DNA of 57,879 nt, the filler included, from Sluysia triapertura (Eukaryota), in NCBI GenBank assembly GCA_046118255.1. It is 4 parts of 4 records of this genome, joined end to end, with 100 filler letters (N's around TTAATTAATTAA, not from the genome) between each part and the next. Parts side by side here need not be neighbours in the genome. Positions count along the whole stretch, not along the records: positions 28,656 to 44,468 come from JBJNIA010217918.1; positions 44,569 to 57,879 come from JBJNIA010047345.1; 2 more parts are not named here. One strand, 5' to 3'. A program made the translations under genes and the position numbers. How positions within the stretch are numbered: position 1 is the first letter of the stretch; the number at the start of each line of letters is the position of its first letter. This document shows positions 38,908 to 49,819 of the stretch, one piece after another. Under the pieces are notes generated by a model that made no database searches, had not been told where the DNA came from, and saw only the letters and a list, made by a program, of their open reading frames with translations.

Positions 38908-40479
38908 TGTATCATAATTAAATTATTAATATTTCATTTAGTTTATAATATTTTAGCATATTATTATTTGATAATTATTATATTATTATCATTATATTTA
39001 ATCAACAATCATTATTATATTACCTAACTATAATAATTTCTATTATCATATGTACAACATTTAAACAAATTAATAAATGTTTATAGTATAATTTCAATTT
39101 TATTTTCATTATTTATTATTTTCTCTATTTTTGGATTTCATTTACTGTATTACTATTAGACAATATTTTCGTTTAATAAACGAAAATATCGGTAAGTTTG
39201 TGAGTGTTTAAATCAACTTTTATGTAGGCCAACAATGAAATGCCTCAATTAAAGGAAAGAAATGAATAAAGAAAAGGTGAAGCTGATTATTCTGTTGTTA
39301 TAAATTTAAGTACATTTTGATATAAAACTTGGAATAATGCAGGTTCAATATCCAACACAATATTTTGGCAATATCCGATTCCCCTTAATTCGATACTGTG
39401 ATTAACATCAAATAATAATTAGTACGAGTTTTGATAAAGTAGTTATTACAATAACTTTAAGAAGGACTTTCACATTTAATCTTAATATCTATTAGTTTAA
39501 CTGTTTTAATATAATTGACATTGTCTTTATATTCAATCTAATAAGTTGGTTCGAAATTGTTATAATTCCAAAACAACTTTGAGAATTTTTTGTGTTTCAT
39601 ATTAATAAAATAACTCCTTTGATTATTAATTCAAGTCGTTATATTGATTTTTTATAAAGATTATTTACGTTGGGATATGATTTCTGGTAATTGACAACAA
39701 TTTGTTTTTTAGGAATTAAAATTAAAAGAAGTTTTGAACAATACGTACAACACACTGAAAGAAAAACTAACTCAAATTACCGAGCAAACCGCCTTTGTTA
39801 CAGCATCCGATTTATCTGAAGTATGTTTTAAGTATTAATTTCTATTTTAATTGAAAATATTTTTAATTAATCTATTATTACGAATGACTTAGTCCGACTT
39901 ATTTAATATAATTTAAAATAAAACATGACAATAAGATAGCAACTTTTAATGAAAACAAATATCCATTAGAGATCCAAATTAAATTGTATATTCTCAGATA
40001 AAATAGTATTGCTTATAGGAATAATTCTGAAAAATAAAGAAATCAGATTATTTGCCAAATTTTAATGATAATTCAAATAATATTATCCTTGATTTTGTGA
40101 AAATAGCTAGGAAACACACCATAGAGAAAATAGTTGAAGTAGTAACAAATTGCTCTAAATCAAATGTACTAACTGAAATTTCATAATTCGTACTTTCAAG
40201 AATGTATTGATTATGTTTTATTGTAATTAACAACGATTTTATGACAAAATAAAATGAATAAAATCAGTTTAATAATAATATTGATGTACATTTTATTGAA
40301 ATAGGAAAAAAGGAACAACTTATTATGGATATGGAATGTTATGCTGTCTAGTTTTAATGAAGCTAAATCTCGTGAATTGTTCCTGTTCCTTCCAAAATAC
40401 CACATTGAAAATTGTCTTTCTATATTTCGAATAATGACACAGATATATCATCCCACTTTAGTGTTAGAAGGAATGAGAG
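25515..40479 (+). CDS. RNF123: E3 ubiquitin ligase RNF123/KPC1, internal part; exons 25515-25823, 25936-26059, 31108-31848, 32637-32962, 35235-35321, 39713-39820, 40305-40479
   Basis: All six introns are GT..AG with compatible phases. The spliced 3' part reads LQLIEGILALFSLGADDYFNK|VLSNSRAKAHDLIVAIIHVTDRLERVPKE|ELKLKEVLNNTYNTLKEKLTQITEQTAFVTASDLSE|EKRNNLLWIWNVMLSSFNEAKSRELFLFLPKYHIE. This is colinear with recalled RNF123 LDGVVMMYNL...ALRDTEDKLRRCPK...[34 protein letters not shown]...LFAFMPEFYL. SPRY and RING exons were not seen. The first two exons are linked by phase only, across a gap. Confidence 0.75.
26917..27009. mobile_element. Small inverted-repeat element (MITE-like), intronic
   Basis: TCTCCTTTTACACGGTTCAAAA ... 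TTTTGAACGGTGTAAAAGGAGA: 22-bp arms with one mismatch. Confidence 0.6.
28403..28454. repeat. (AAT)n microsatellite
   Basis: Seen directly. Confidence 0.95.
28556..28655. other. Assembly gap with artificial TTAATTAATTAA spacer
   Basis: Same 100-nt structure as the other gaps. Confidence 0.98.
28656..28740 (+). mobile_element. Short hAT-like transposase fragment
   Basis: EQDASDSILAIGCDSTNANVGSKGH resembles the 'IGCDGTNVNTG' catalytic-Asp motif of invertebrate hAT-like transposases. Confidence 0.5.
29130..29914 (+). mobile_element. pogo-family (DDE_1) transposon 3' remnant
   Basis: TIPIKTAGNEKNMFIVMLGAYGDDKKMPP*VIFK matches pogo KTTGHEKxxFTVVLxxxADGxKLPPxVIFK. Further degenerate 'DAVCNKQFKE' (LDVxVNKPFK) and 'FQKC' motifs follow. 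TIR-like end TTATATACGAATATTTATTG|TA at about 29895-29916. Confidence 0.75.
34140..34185. repeat. (TTA)n microsatellite
   Basis: Seen directly. Confidence 0.95.
34517..34553. repeat. Perfect hairpin, 16-bp stem and 5-nt loop
   Basis: AGTACAATACTTAAAG-AGATA-CTTTAAGTATTGTACT. Confidence 0.85.
36008..36590. repeat. Pair of ~110-bp direct repeats (about 36008-36119 and 36478-36590)
   Basis: Identical 33-bp core ACACTCGCAAAAATCCACTGTTTCGCTAAACTT at 36042 and 36510, followed in both copies by AATTCTGTAAGTGCTATTGT...TTTTAGCAAAC. Confidence 0.9.
36720..37745. repeat. Degenerate AACTTA(TC)/AAATCAAA motif array
   Basis: Many AACTTA, CTTATCAA and AATCAAA motifs, a strongly G-poor plus strand and no fixed period visible by eye. 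Confidence 0.65.
38850..38906. repeat. (TTA)n microsatellite
   Basis: Seen directly. Confidence 0.95.
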
Positions 40480-41803
40480 GTTTGTTTATTATTATTGTAG
40501 AATTTAATTTATTTGTGTATATAATAATATACATTATGTTTTATTATTTTCGCGTCTTAATTCCAGTCAGTTTAGATTTTGGTCTCGTTTACAATTTATT
40601 TGTTATAACTTTCTATCGTAGGTTTTATAACTATTACACAGCTTAAATTTATCTCTTCTTAAATGCTTGCCAATTTTTCCTATACAATATACCAAAAAAT
40701 TTTTTAGTTTTAAAACTGATTAATTGATTTTTACCTAATGTATCTGTACTTCACCACTCTCTTGATATTAAACTACTTAAATGGTATTTTACTTGATCTA
40801 TTATATTAGTTTTAAGGTGTGCGTTCTTTACTTGTACTGGTTGGTAAAAATAGAAGTGCTGGTTATACTCAGACTATTCAGTGACTCGTCAATATGTTCA
40901 GCCTTCTACTCCCTTACTAAATAATTAAGTATAACAGAAACGATATTCAATAAATTATATCAATCACACTATTATAAATAATACATTATCAATACGAAAA
41001 ATTGTTTCTTAATTTCTTTCTCTATTTTATTAATAGGAATAAAAATAAAAGTAAAATATGATTTCAATTTAAGATTAGTTTAACGCAAGAAAATAACGCA
41101 CTTAATCACTTTGAGAATTAATTTTTTGTTATTCAATCTACAGGAGTCACATGATTATCATCAAAGGATTATTGTAAACTGTTTGTCGATTTAAATAATC
41201 AATAGAATTATTATCGATTATTCACCAATTTGCAATTCAATTTTACGATTACTCGTGTGAAAGATTCTACTACATTTTCGTTTATTTATACAAATGTTCC
41301 AATAATCTTACTCTTATTACAATAAATATATTCTAATATTATTATACATAAATTATTTTCCTACATTTATGATATTTGATATTTGAAATTATTCACTATT
41401 TTAAATTATCAACATGGTTATTTCAAATTCTGACTATATATTATTTAACATATCATTTATTTATATTTTTACAGCATGCTAATTTCACGCATATTTACAA
41501 AGTTAAATTTACATGCACTTTTAATATTATTGCTGTATTTGTAAAGTTAGACAATTTAATATTTCGGCTTTTGTTCAATATTTATTTATCAGTAGTATCA
41601 TTTTTAAAACCTTTTTACACATTCAAAACATTTTTTATAATTACAGACAAATTCATAACTTATTTAGTATTATTGCACGTTCTTTATAACTGCAATACAG
41701 ACATTTTTATAACATTCTTTATTTTCTACTTTAGAAAATTCGTTAACCATTTAACGTAGAATTCAATCATTTCAAACGTCTCAAACATTCTTATTTTCAG
41801 CAC

Positions 41804-41855
<52 letters not shown>
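41804..41855. repeat. (TTA)n microsatellite
   Basis: Seen directly. Confidence 0.95.
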
Positions 41856-42115
41856 GTGGTGAATTCAACCTCGAATCATAATCTTCATAAATCCTAAACA
41901 AGTTACTATTCAATAAATAACGCAATAACTCAAAAACCAACATGTTCATAAACAGTCAAGCAATTTTTGTTATTAATTTAACTTAATTTTAAGTTTACTA
42001 AAACAATTAAAGACGCAAGAATAATTATTCACAAATTTTAGACATGAGGATGTTAGCTCACCACAACATATTAAATATAAAAAACATAAAAGTTAGTTTA
42101 AATATATTCACAAAA

Positions 42116-42685
42116 TCACTTCTTATGACTGCTTGTAATCGGTTTTTCGAATTGTTGCTTCATACCACCAGCACGATTATTGTGAAAACGAGTCATACTG
42201 TCACTGGACCAGGCTGAAGAAATATCAGTAGTATCTACATCTACAAGATGAGTATATTTAGTACGGCCTGCACGTCCAAAGTTCTTAACTTGTTTGATCT
42301 TCGGCATATTAAGAATATTGAAATTGTCTTCGAGAGTAGGTGCCGTAAAGTCCCGTTGAAATACCTCTTCATCCATATCTTGTACATAATATGCACCACG
42401 ATGATGATAACGTTGCATAAATTTCATCTTGCCTTTTGGCACTGCATTTGTGATCTTTCGAGGATTTTTCTTGAATTCTTCAAGTCGTTCTTCATCAGTC
42501 ATATTTCGAATACGTAATACTTCTTCTTCGTCACGTTTACGTTGTTCTCGTTCATCAACTGCCTGCTTTATGCGTCTCATTTCTCGCAAATTCCAACTCT
42601 CATATTCTATTTCTACATCTTCCACATCTGTATTTACTTCATCTAATCTTTCTCTTTTCTCAGCAACTTCTTCTTTTTTAAGATC
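42116..42685 (-). CDS. MFAP1: MFAP1 (spliceosomal B-complex protein), last exon
   Basis: Acceptor TTTATTTTTAAG| at 42686, then DLKKEE...EYESWNLREMRRIK...KGKMKFMQRYHHRGAYY...FQRDFTAPTLEDNFN...MPKIKQVKNFGRAGRTKYTHLVDVDTT, the conserved MFAP1 C-terminal domain. Upstream exons were not seen. Confidence 0.93.
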   Translation of the reverse strand, partial: DLKKEEVAEKRERLDEVNTDVEDVEIEYESWNLREMRRIKQAVDEREQRKRDEEEVLRIRNMTDEERLEEFKKNPRKITNAVPKGKMKFMQRYHHRGAYYVQDMDEEVFQRDFTAPTLEDNFNILNMPKIKQVKNFGRAGRTKYTHLVDVDTTDISSAWSSDSMTRFHNNRAGGMKQQFEKPITSSHKK

Positions 42686-43714
42686 CTTAAAAATAAAATT
42701 CATGAAAACAATTGAATTGTAGCACCTATTTAATTTTCAAATTAAAATAAAAAATTACTTTCAAAATAAAATTATTTTGAGTCACTGACAAATTTATAAA
42801 GTTTTGATTGAATAAAATATTAACTATTTGTGTCCCAATGGGTCATCTTTTTAAGAGAAATATTTAAGATACCTATATTAAAAATAAATGCACCAAACGA
42901 ATTAAATTATTTTCTTTGGTAATCAGGCCTATATTAAATATTTGTTTTAGAATGTTTCGTTCAAAATATAAGTATAAATTAATTTTTTGTATAGAAAATT
43001 CAATATGTATAGAAAAAAGTTGACTTTTGGTAAAAGATTATAATTAAAAACACATGCTTTGTTTTAAAATTATATTTTATTTAGGAAATAATCGCAATGA
43101 CACTGAATACTGATCAGTGATCCAATTTTACGTATTGCAACGAAAAATATTCGAAGAATTAGCAGCGCACATAAAAATAAAGCGATGAAACAATGAAATG
43201 TAGAATAACAATGTGGTGTCCAACCTATTAATTTTAACAAATCATTTCTAAAAATTTTTCCTTTTAACACAACAAATCACACTCACCCTCAAAATCTACA
43301 ATTCATTTTTTTAAATTCATTATAAACACTTTCTTACATAACCAAAATCATATCTTTTTTCAACATCATACAATTACCTTTTAGAATGTACCAAATCATG
43401 GGCCATAATTTATCTTCTTTACATTCATTAAACCACACTCTTTTCAAGGCAATCTTAAGTTACAATCTTGTAACATCCGAACAATACTTTCAGCCAAAAC
43501 ATCAATGTACATTTAAAATCTACTGAAAAAATTTATATCATTTCAAAATACTTAAATCGAAAGTATTCAACACCATAACATTCAACCATGCAGATATTTA
43601 AAGATATTAAATTCTAAAGATTTAAATGTCTAGAAAAAGAATTTTATTCAAGAAAGATTGTGTTACTTAAGACAAATAAAAGAATTTATACGTTTATTTT
43701 TAATTAATAACATT

Positions 43715-43764
<50 letters not shown>

Positions 43765-43767
43765 CAA

Positions 43768-43893
43768 CGTATTAGAATGGCACTTTGCCCATATAATAGT
43801 GATATAAATGGTAGATGCATGAAATTTGGAGTTAATTGCGAATATGCGCATGCTGTTAATCAGTTATCAAATCATAAATTCAAATATGTCTAA
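43768..43893 (+). pseudogene. CCCH zinc-finger fragment, Unkempt-like
   Basis: RIRMALCPYNSDINGRCMKFGVNCEYAHAVNQL resembles Unkempt ZnF3 (KTGxCxHETDxRGxCVKNGxHCAFAHGxxDL). It ends in a stop and no clean continuation was found. Confidence 0.4.
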
Positions 43894-44392
43894 CATAGAT
43901 CATGTGGCTAGAATTACAAATCTACTCGAATCAATTGGAATACCAACTTAAGAAACATCGAGCAACATTGTATTCATGGATAATCATCAAGTAAATTTTT
44001 ATCCTGACATAAAAGATACTTTAATTTTTCCTTTTATTTTAGATAATGAGACCTGGGCTTCAATAATCGGAGTATACAAGGCTAAGATAAACTTTAAAAT
44101 TTTTATGTTCAAATTAATTAATAAATTCTTGTGTCTTTGTAAATTCTTAGTTATAAATAATTTTCAAACTTTTCAGTTTCAACTAAATTTAGAATATAAA
44201 ATTCAAGTATATTTAATAAGATCTCGTGAAAAAATTAAATATTTTCATTAAAAACATTTTATAACTTAAACCATTTCAAAGCCCAACAAACAATTCATTT
44301 ATGGATCTATGGTAAAATAATAACTATGTATAAATGTGTAAATAGTAATTAATAACTTTATTGTAAATTAAATTTAATAATATTCTTATTTT

Positions 44393-44393
<1 letters not shown>

Positions 44394-44461
<68 letters not shown>
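44394..44461. repeat. (AAT)n microsatellite at contig end
   Basis: Seen directly. Likely cause of the contig break. Confidence 0.95.
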
Positions 44462-44468
44462 TATTAAT

Positions 44469-44568
44469 NNNNNNNNNNNNNNNNNNNNNNNNNNNNNNNN
44501 NNNNNNNNNNNNTTAATTAATTAANNNNNNNNNNNNNNNNNNNNNNNNNNNNNNNNNNNNNNNNNNNN
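44469..44568. other. Assembly gap with artificial TTAATTAATTAA spacer
   Basis: Same 100-nt structure as the other gaps. Confidence 0.98.
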
Positions 44569-45088
44569 GAAAAACAAACTAATAATGATGATAAATTAAT
44601 TTTCAATAAAATAAGATTTAATTGAGGTAAATTCACATTAAATTTATAAATTATTACTGCACGTTTTTGTCCAATCCTAATTTATATCGTATTTAGAAAA
44701 TATTAAAATTATTTATTATTTTAAGAAATATTTACAATATTACCTAATATTAATATACATATTAATATTAATAATAGAAACGGGAAAAGTTGTTGCAGAT
44801 CGTCATAACGGTTATACTGCAGAGATTGGTTCTTCTTATGATGAACCCCGGAAATTTCAAGTAAAATATTACAGACAAGATAGTGAGTGTTCAGAAGTTG
44901 AATCAAGATCGGATTAAAATAGGTTTTACTGGTAATTCATTTAAATTATTTGTTTTAGATATTTTAGAACATTTAGTTTGATTTTTAAGAACATTTTACA
45001 AAGTTATTAATGATTCTTTACTTTTACGTTAAATAATAGCACTGTGATAAACTACGATTTTAAAATCTATATAAAGATTTTAGTGTTT

Positions 45089-45223
45089 TAATGATGTTTT
45101 CAAAGATGTAGTTATTATGATAAAGTTAATAAAGATGTTTTAAAAGATGTAGTTATTATGATAAAGTTAATAATGATGTTTTAAAAGATGTAGTTATTAT
45201 GATAAAGTTAATAAAGATGTTTT
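45089..45223. repeat. 41-bp minisatellite, about 3.3 copies
   Basis: GATGTAGTTATTATGATAAAGTTAATAA recurs at 45105, 45146 and 45187. Confidence 0.92.
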
Positions 45224-47059
45224 AGGTTAGTTAAAAGCGTTACGATAAAGCAAGATTTTGAAACTATAAAGATCTGTGTAATCTTAAGCTTACTAAAAAT
45301 ATTTTTATAGACATACTAATACATCTTTTTAAAAGCAGTGAAGAAATTAATAACTTACTAATCAAGTTGTAAAAATAGTTCTACGAGAAAATATTTCGTT
45401 ATATATTTTACATAATCTAATGGCTCATGATGTTCAGAATAATATTAATGACTTAGACTCAAGACAAGGGTAAGTATTGTTAATTCTTTTTCTGGATCTT
45501 ATTAATGTAAGTTACAATTATATTTTTAATAAACTCTTATCACATTTGTGTTGTGATTTAAGCAGTCATAATTATTGCTCAAAGTCTATGTTTTGTAAAG
45601 CTTTTTCCCACCTTAAGTCGTTTATGTTTAATATTGATATTTTTAATGACCTTGTCATTGTAGTAACTTCAATATTATAAATAATAAAACTCTCAGTTAC
45701 TTAATTTTTGTAATTACAAAGTTTAAGTGCCATCTTGACTTACATATTGTTGTGAAGAATTAAATGTGTAATGTAATATGAAATGTGATACATGAGTCCT
45801 CTAAGATCCTAGGCTTATGCATTTAAGGACTAGTCCGTAGGTATCAGTAAGAATAAAGTATTAATGTAAATTCTCTTTTGAAATAATGAAAATATCGATA
45901 TAAATATTTCAGAGATTTATAATTTACTTTAAATAGTATTACTTTAAACACGATTTTACTACCGTGTTTTAAAAAACGGTGGAACTTATGATAATTCTTT
46001 GATAATCAGTAAATGTGGTTAAGTATATTTTACTATCGTATATTAAGAACGATGTGGCTAATTAAGCGAACAAAGTATTCGCTGTGAATTTAATATATTA
46101 AATTGATCACTGATGTATATTAATTAACAATTAAAAGTTTTACACTGATAAAAGATATACAATGATAAAAATTATATATATTAGTATATTAAGTAATAAT
46201 GTTTTATATGATTAATATGTAATAAGCAACTTTATTAATTTTAAAAACTTTATTAATTTTTCTGACCAATTTAAAAGGCCCGAATTTTGTTATCTATAAA
46301 ATGGATATAAACCCCAAGAGTAAACCAACAACTAATTCGTTGGATACAAGGAAATTTATGTCCACAAATAGTAGGTAATTGTCCAGTCAATTAACTGGTA
46401 TAAATTTTATTAAACTGGTTTCATCATAGCGCAGGTAACTGTTAGATTTCCACTAGAACAAAAAATTATCCAAAAAATACTCCGCAAAAATGTGGTACAA
46501 TAATAAATATTTTAAGCGTGTGGTGGTTGAAATTTATGTTTATATATTAGTTCAAAAAATGACCTTGAGAGTAAGATTCTAAACAAATTAATATAAATTT
46601 ATTTTTTAATATTTTAAGATCTATATTAACATTTATTTGAAATATTCATATTTATATATTTGTACAAACATTGTATTGCTAATTAAATTATATTAATTAA
46701 TATTTAATATAAACTATTAACACTTACTTTACATATTAAAATATTTATTTATTCTATTTAAATATGTAACATATTAAACACTAAATAATTTATTTATTTT
46801 AAACATACAAGCTTAATTTAATGAATTTATTAACTTAGACAATAAATCAAAATTAATTTCCCGAGATTTATTGTATACCTGTATTGCACAAGTCAAAATA
46901 ACTGCATTGTGAAAAAATAACTAATGTGTAAAGAAATTTGTTTAAAATTAATTTTAATATGTCTTGTATTATTTACAGTTATACAACAAGTTATTAGTAA
47001 ATATTAACAATAAAAAAATTTACTTTAATTGGAAAAAAAAATAATTTATGCATTATTAT

Positions 47060-48048
47060 TTATACATTTTATGCAAATGAAAGTGGAAATCTTTTTATAA
47101 GTACATCTTCTGCAAGCATAGTTTTGACATTTCCACATATATTATTTGTTTTGTTGCTGTGGCAAAAGAGTCATACTTGACAAAATTTGTGTTTGTGAGA
47201 ATGGGTTGCATTTGAACTTTGTGGGTCTTCATGTTCTGATAAATTTTCTGTAATGCAACTGTATTCTTTGGAAAGCTGTTCTGTTAATTGAAATACGAAC
47301 TCTTTTCGTTCTATTTGTATTCCTGTCGTTTCTTTGTAAATGATCCAAGTATTTATGGCAGCCAAATCTAAAATATTGAAAAATATTTGGAGGAGCCATA
47401 TACTGCATATTATCTGGCCATTTGATCCGCCATATCAACTCCAAATTTTATACTGTTATAAAATTGAATTGATTCCGGCAACATTTTTTTTATTATATTT
47501 ATCAATTTTAACAAATTTGTGCTTATAACTTAGTACATCTACTTTTTTATTCGGTTTGCTTTTATATATTGTAAGAAAACAATTCTCTGATTTATATAAC
47601 AAAGTCGAAAAACGAGACATGTTTATTTGGCTGCTTTGGGTAGTTCTCTTTGTTTCCTCTAATAGTTCCTATAATTTTGTAACGAGTGATACGCTAGTGA
47701 AAAAGTTATCGGTCGTGATATTTCCTCCACAGTTTATATATGGCTCGTTAAGTTTAAGAACGTGTTCACTTTTCCTAAATAAGAAAAACCATTCAAAATG
47801 TATTTGCTACCAAATTTGTTGAGTTTGTTAGGCACATATTGTGTAAACCTGCACCTGGCTTTTGACGGAAATAATTGCTCGTCAACTGTAATATTTTGCC
47901 CTGGTTGATAGCAAGCTTGACTATTTCCAATAAACCTGCCCCATATTTCCGAAATCAGGGCAAATTTATTTGTTGCATTTGATTCTATATCGGAGCACTC
48001 TTCACTTATGTTTATTAGCTTTCCCAATAACTCATTTCTGTTCGACAT
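47060..48048 (-). mobile_element. piggyBac transposase remnant (PGBD4-like), frameshifted and internally deleted
   Basis: NSQACYQPGQNITVDEQLFPSKARCRFTQYVPNKLNKFG, then NITTDNFFTS, then DLAAINTWIIYKETTG...RKEFVFQLTEQL and a Cys-rich tail, spread over several frames. Confidence 0.92.
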
Positions 48049-48997
48049 TTTTTCATGAAGTTAGAGCTCAAAAGAAATAAAATAAACTTGTTAGAACAAC
48101 ACTTTATAAAGACTTGAATAACAAGTACTACTTTAGCTTATTGAGAAACTGCAACTAATCAAGTTTATACCAAAATCGACAATTTATCATGCAGCGGCAT
48201 GTTACCGTAATCGAAAATAAATGTTATTTCAATACAAAGCCAGATAGGTCATATAAATTTACTCAATTCAATAATAAGAATCTTTTGATTATTTAAAATA
48301 ACTGCTTCTGGGCAATATAGGTATAACATATACATAACATAGGAGGTCGGAAGTAACTACAATTATTCATAAACGCATTTATATGTTGAAAAAGTCACCA
48401 AATTCTAAGAAATTGTGTCATTATATACATAATTGTTTTTCTAATTGAAATTAAAAACAGTCAAAATTAATACCTTGGACAATCTAGCGTTAACTACTTA
48501 TGACTAAATTACATAATATTGACGAAACTACACTATACATAAGTAGTTAATTCTTTTTAAGAAAATTTTGTGCATTTGTGGAAACTTTTCATATTACATC
48601 ACAGAATGTTAAAAATGATATTATTTATATTTTTGAATAATCAGTAGTAGTTTTGTGAAAATTTTTAAATGATTTAAAAATTTTAATGAAAAATTTGAAT
48701 AAATATAGTTTTCGTTACTGTAATAAAGAGTTATTGAAACACTTGTTTTTTGAGAATGACATATAAATAATATTCATTCTTTTAAATTTGTTTTAAGATT
48801 CAATAAGTTTAACTCGTAACTCATTTTTATTTTCATTTTACATTCAAATAAGGTAAATACATTTAAAAAGTCTCTCATTAGTTTAGAAATATTTAGAAAC
48901 ACAATTTTAGAAATACTAAATCAATTAAATATAACATAATCGGTAACAACATTACACAAAACATACACAAAACATGCGAATAAAGCATTTCTATTAC

Positions 48998-49779
48998 CTG
49001 ATATCAATATCATCTACTTGGGATGATTGCCTAAATGAAATATTACAATATTATCAAAATGTATGAAATTGAGAATAAATACAAAAGAAACAATACTAAA
49101 GTCCATACATATATTGAATTTCATAAAATTGTTGTATTTTATTAAATTAATAAGTAGAAACAAATTCTAATATCTAAAAGTCGTAAATCTGAATACAAGT
49201 AGAAAATCAATAAGTTTTATTTAATCAATAATTGTAAATATTTTCTCAATACTTTAAGTGTTCGACTTACTTTTTAGAAATTTTTGTGGCAATTGATTTG
49301 AAAAAAGAATTGAAAGTATTATTATGGTTACTAGATGAATAGTTAGGTTTCGATTTAGTAGGTAACGGATGTTGATGTAAAGTGGAATTATCAGCATTCG
49401 AATATGTAGTAGAGTTGGTAGAAGTAGTTATTATTTCACTTGCTGGTGTAACTGTAGTTGCTATAGATCGCAGACCTTCATCGGATGAATCTCCAGAACT
49501 GGGGATTTTTTGATTATTCTTAATTAATGAAGAATAATAACACAGACTTTATAATGTTTAGATGTTGGATTTAAAATGTTTCTTTTCGGGAAATATTACT
49601 TACGCACAAATGTATCTTAAGAAAATCTTAGCAACAAATAAGATGATTGAAAAGTAAAACAAAGTTAAAACATTAAAAATTTACCTAATTTTGCAAAATA
49701 TTTCACAAATCAGTTATTGAAATGTTTAAATTTATAATAAATAACTAGAATATCCACATATAAAAATTTGAAACATGTA

Positions 49780-49819
<40 letters not shown>

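Noticed and set aside
41376-41759. 127-aa Phe/Ile/Leu-rich ORF as the RNF123 continuation (likewise 30675-30899)
   Set aside because: Low-complexity T-rich composition with no RNF123-like motifs; likely chance ORFs.
42248-42722. Two plus-strand ORFs overlapping MFAP1
   Set aside because: Antisense shadows of the conserved MFAP1 exon.
45560-45665. Minus-strand MTRSLKISILNINDLR resembling the start of a LINE endonuclease
   Set aside because: Single short motif with no downstream support.
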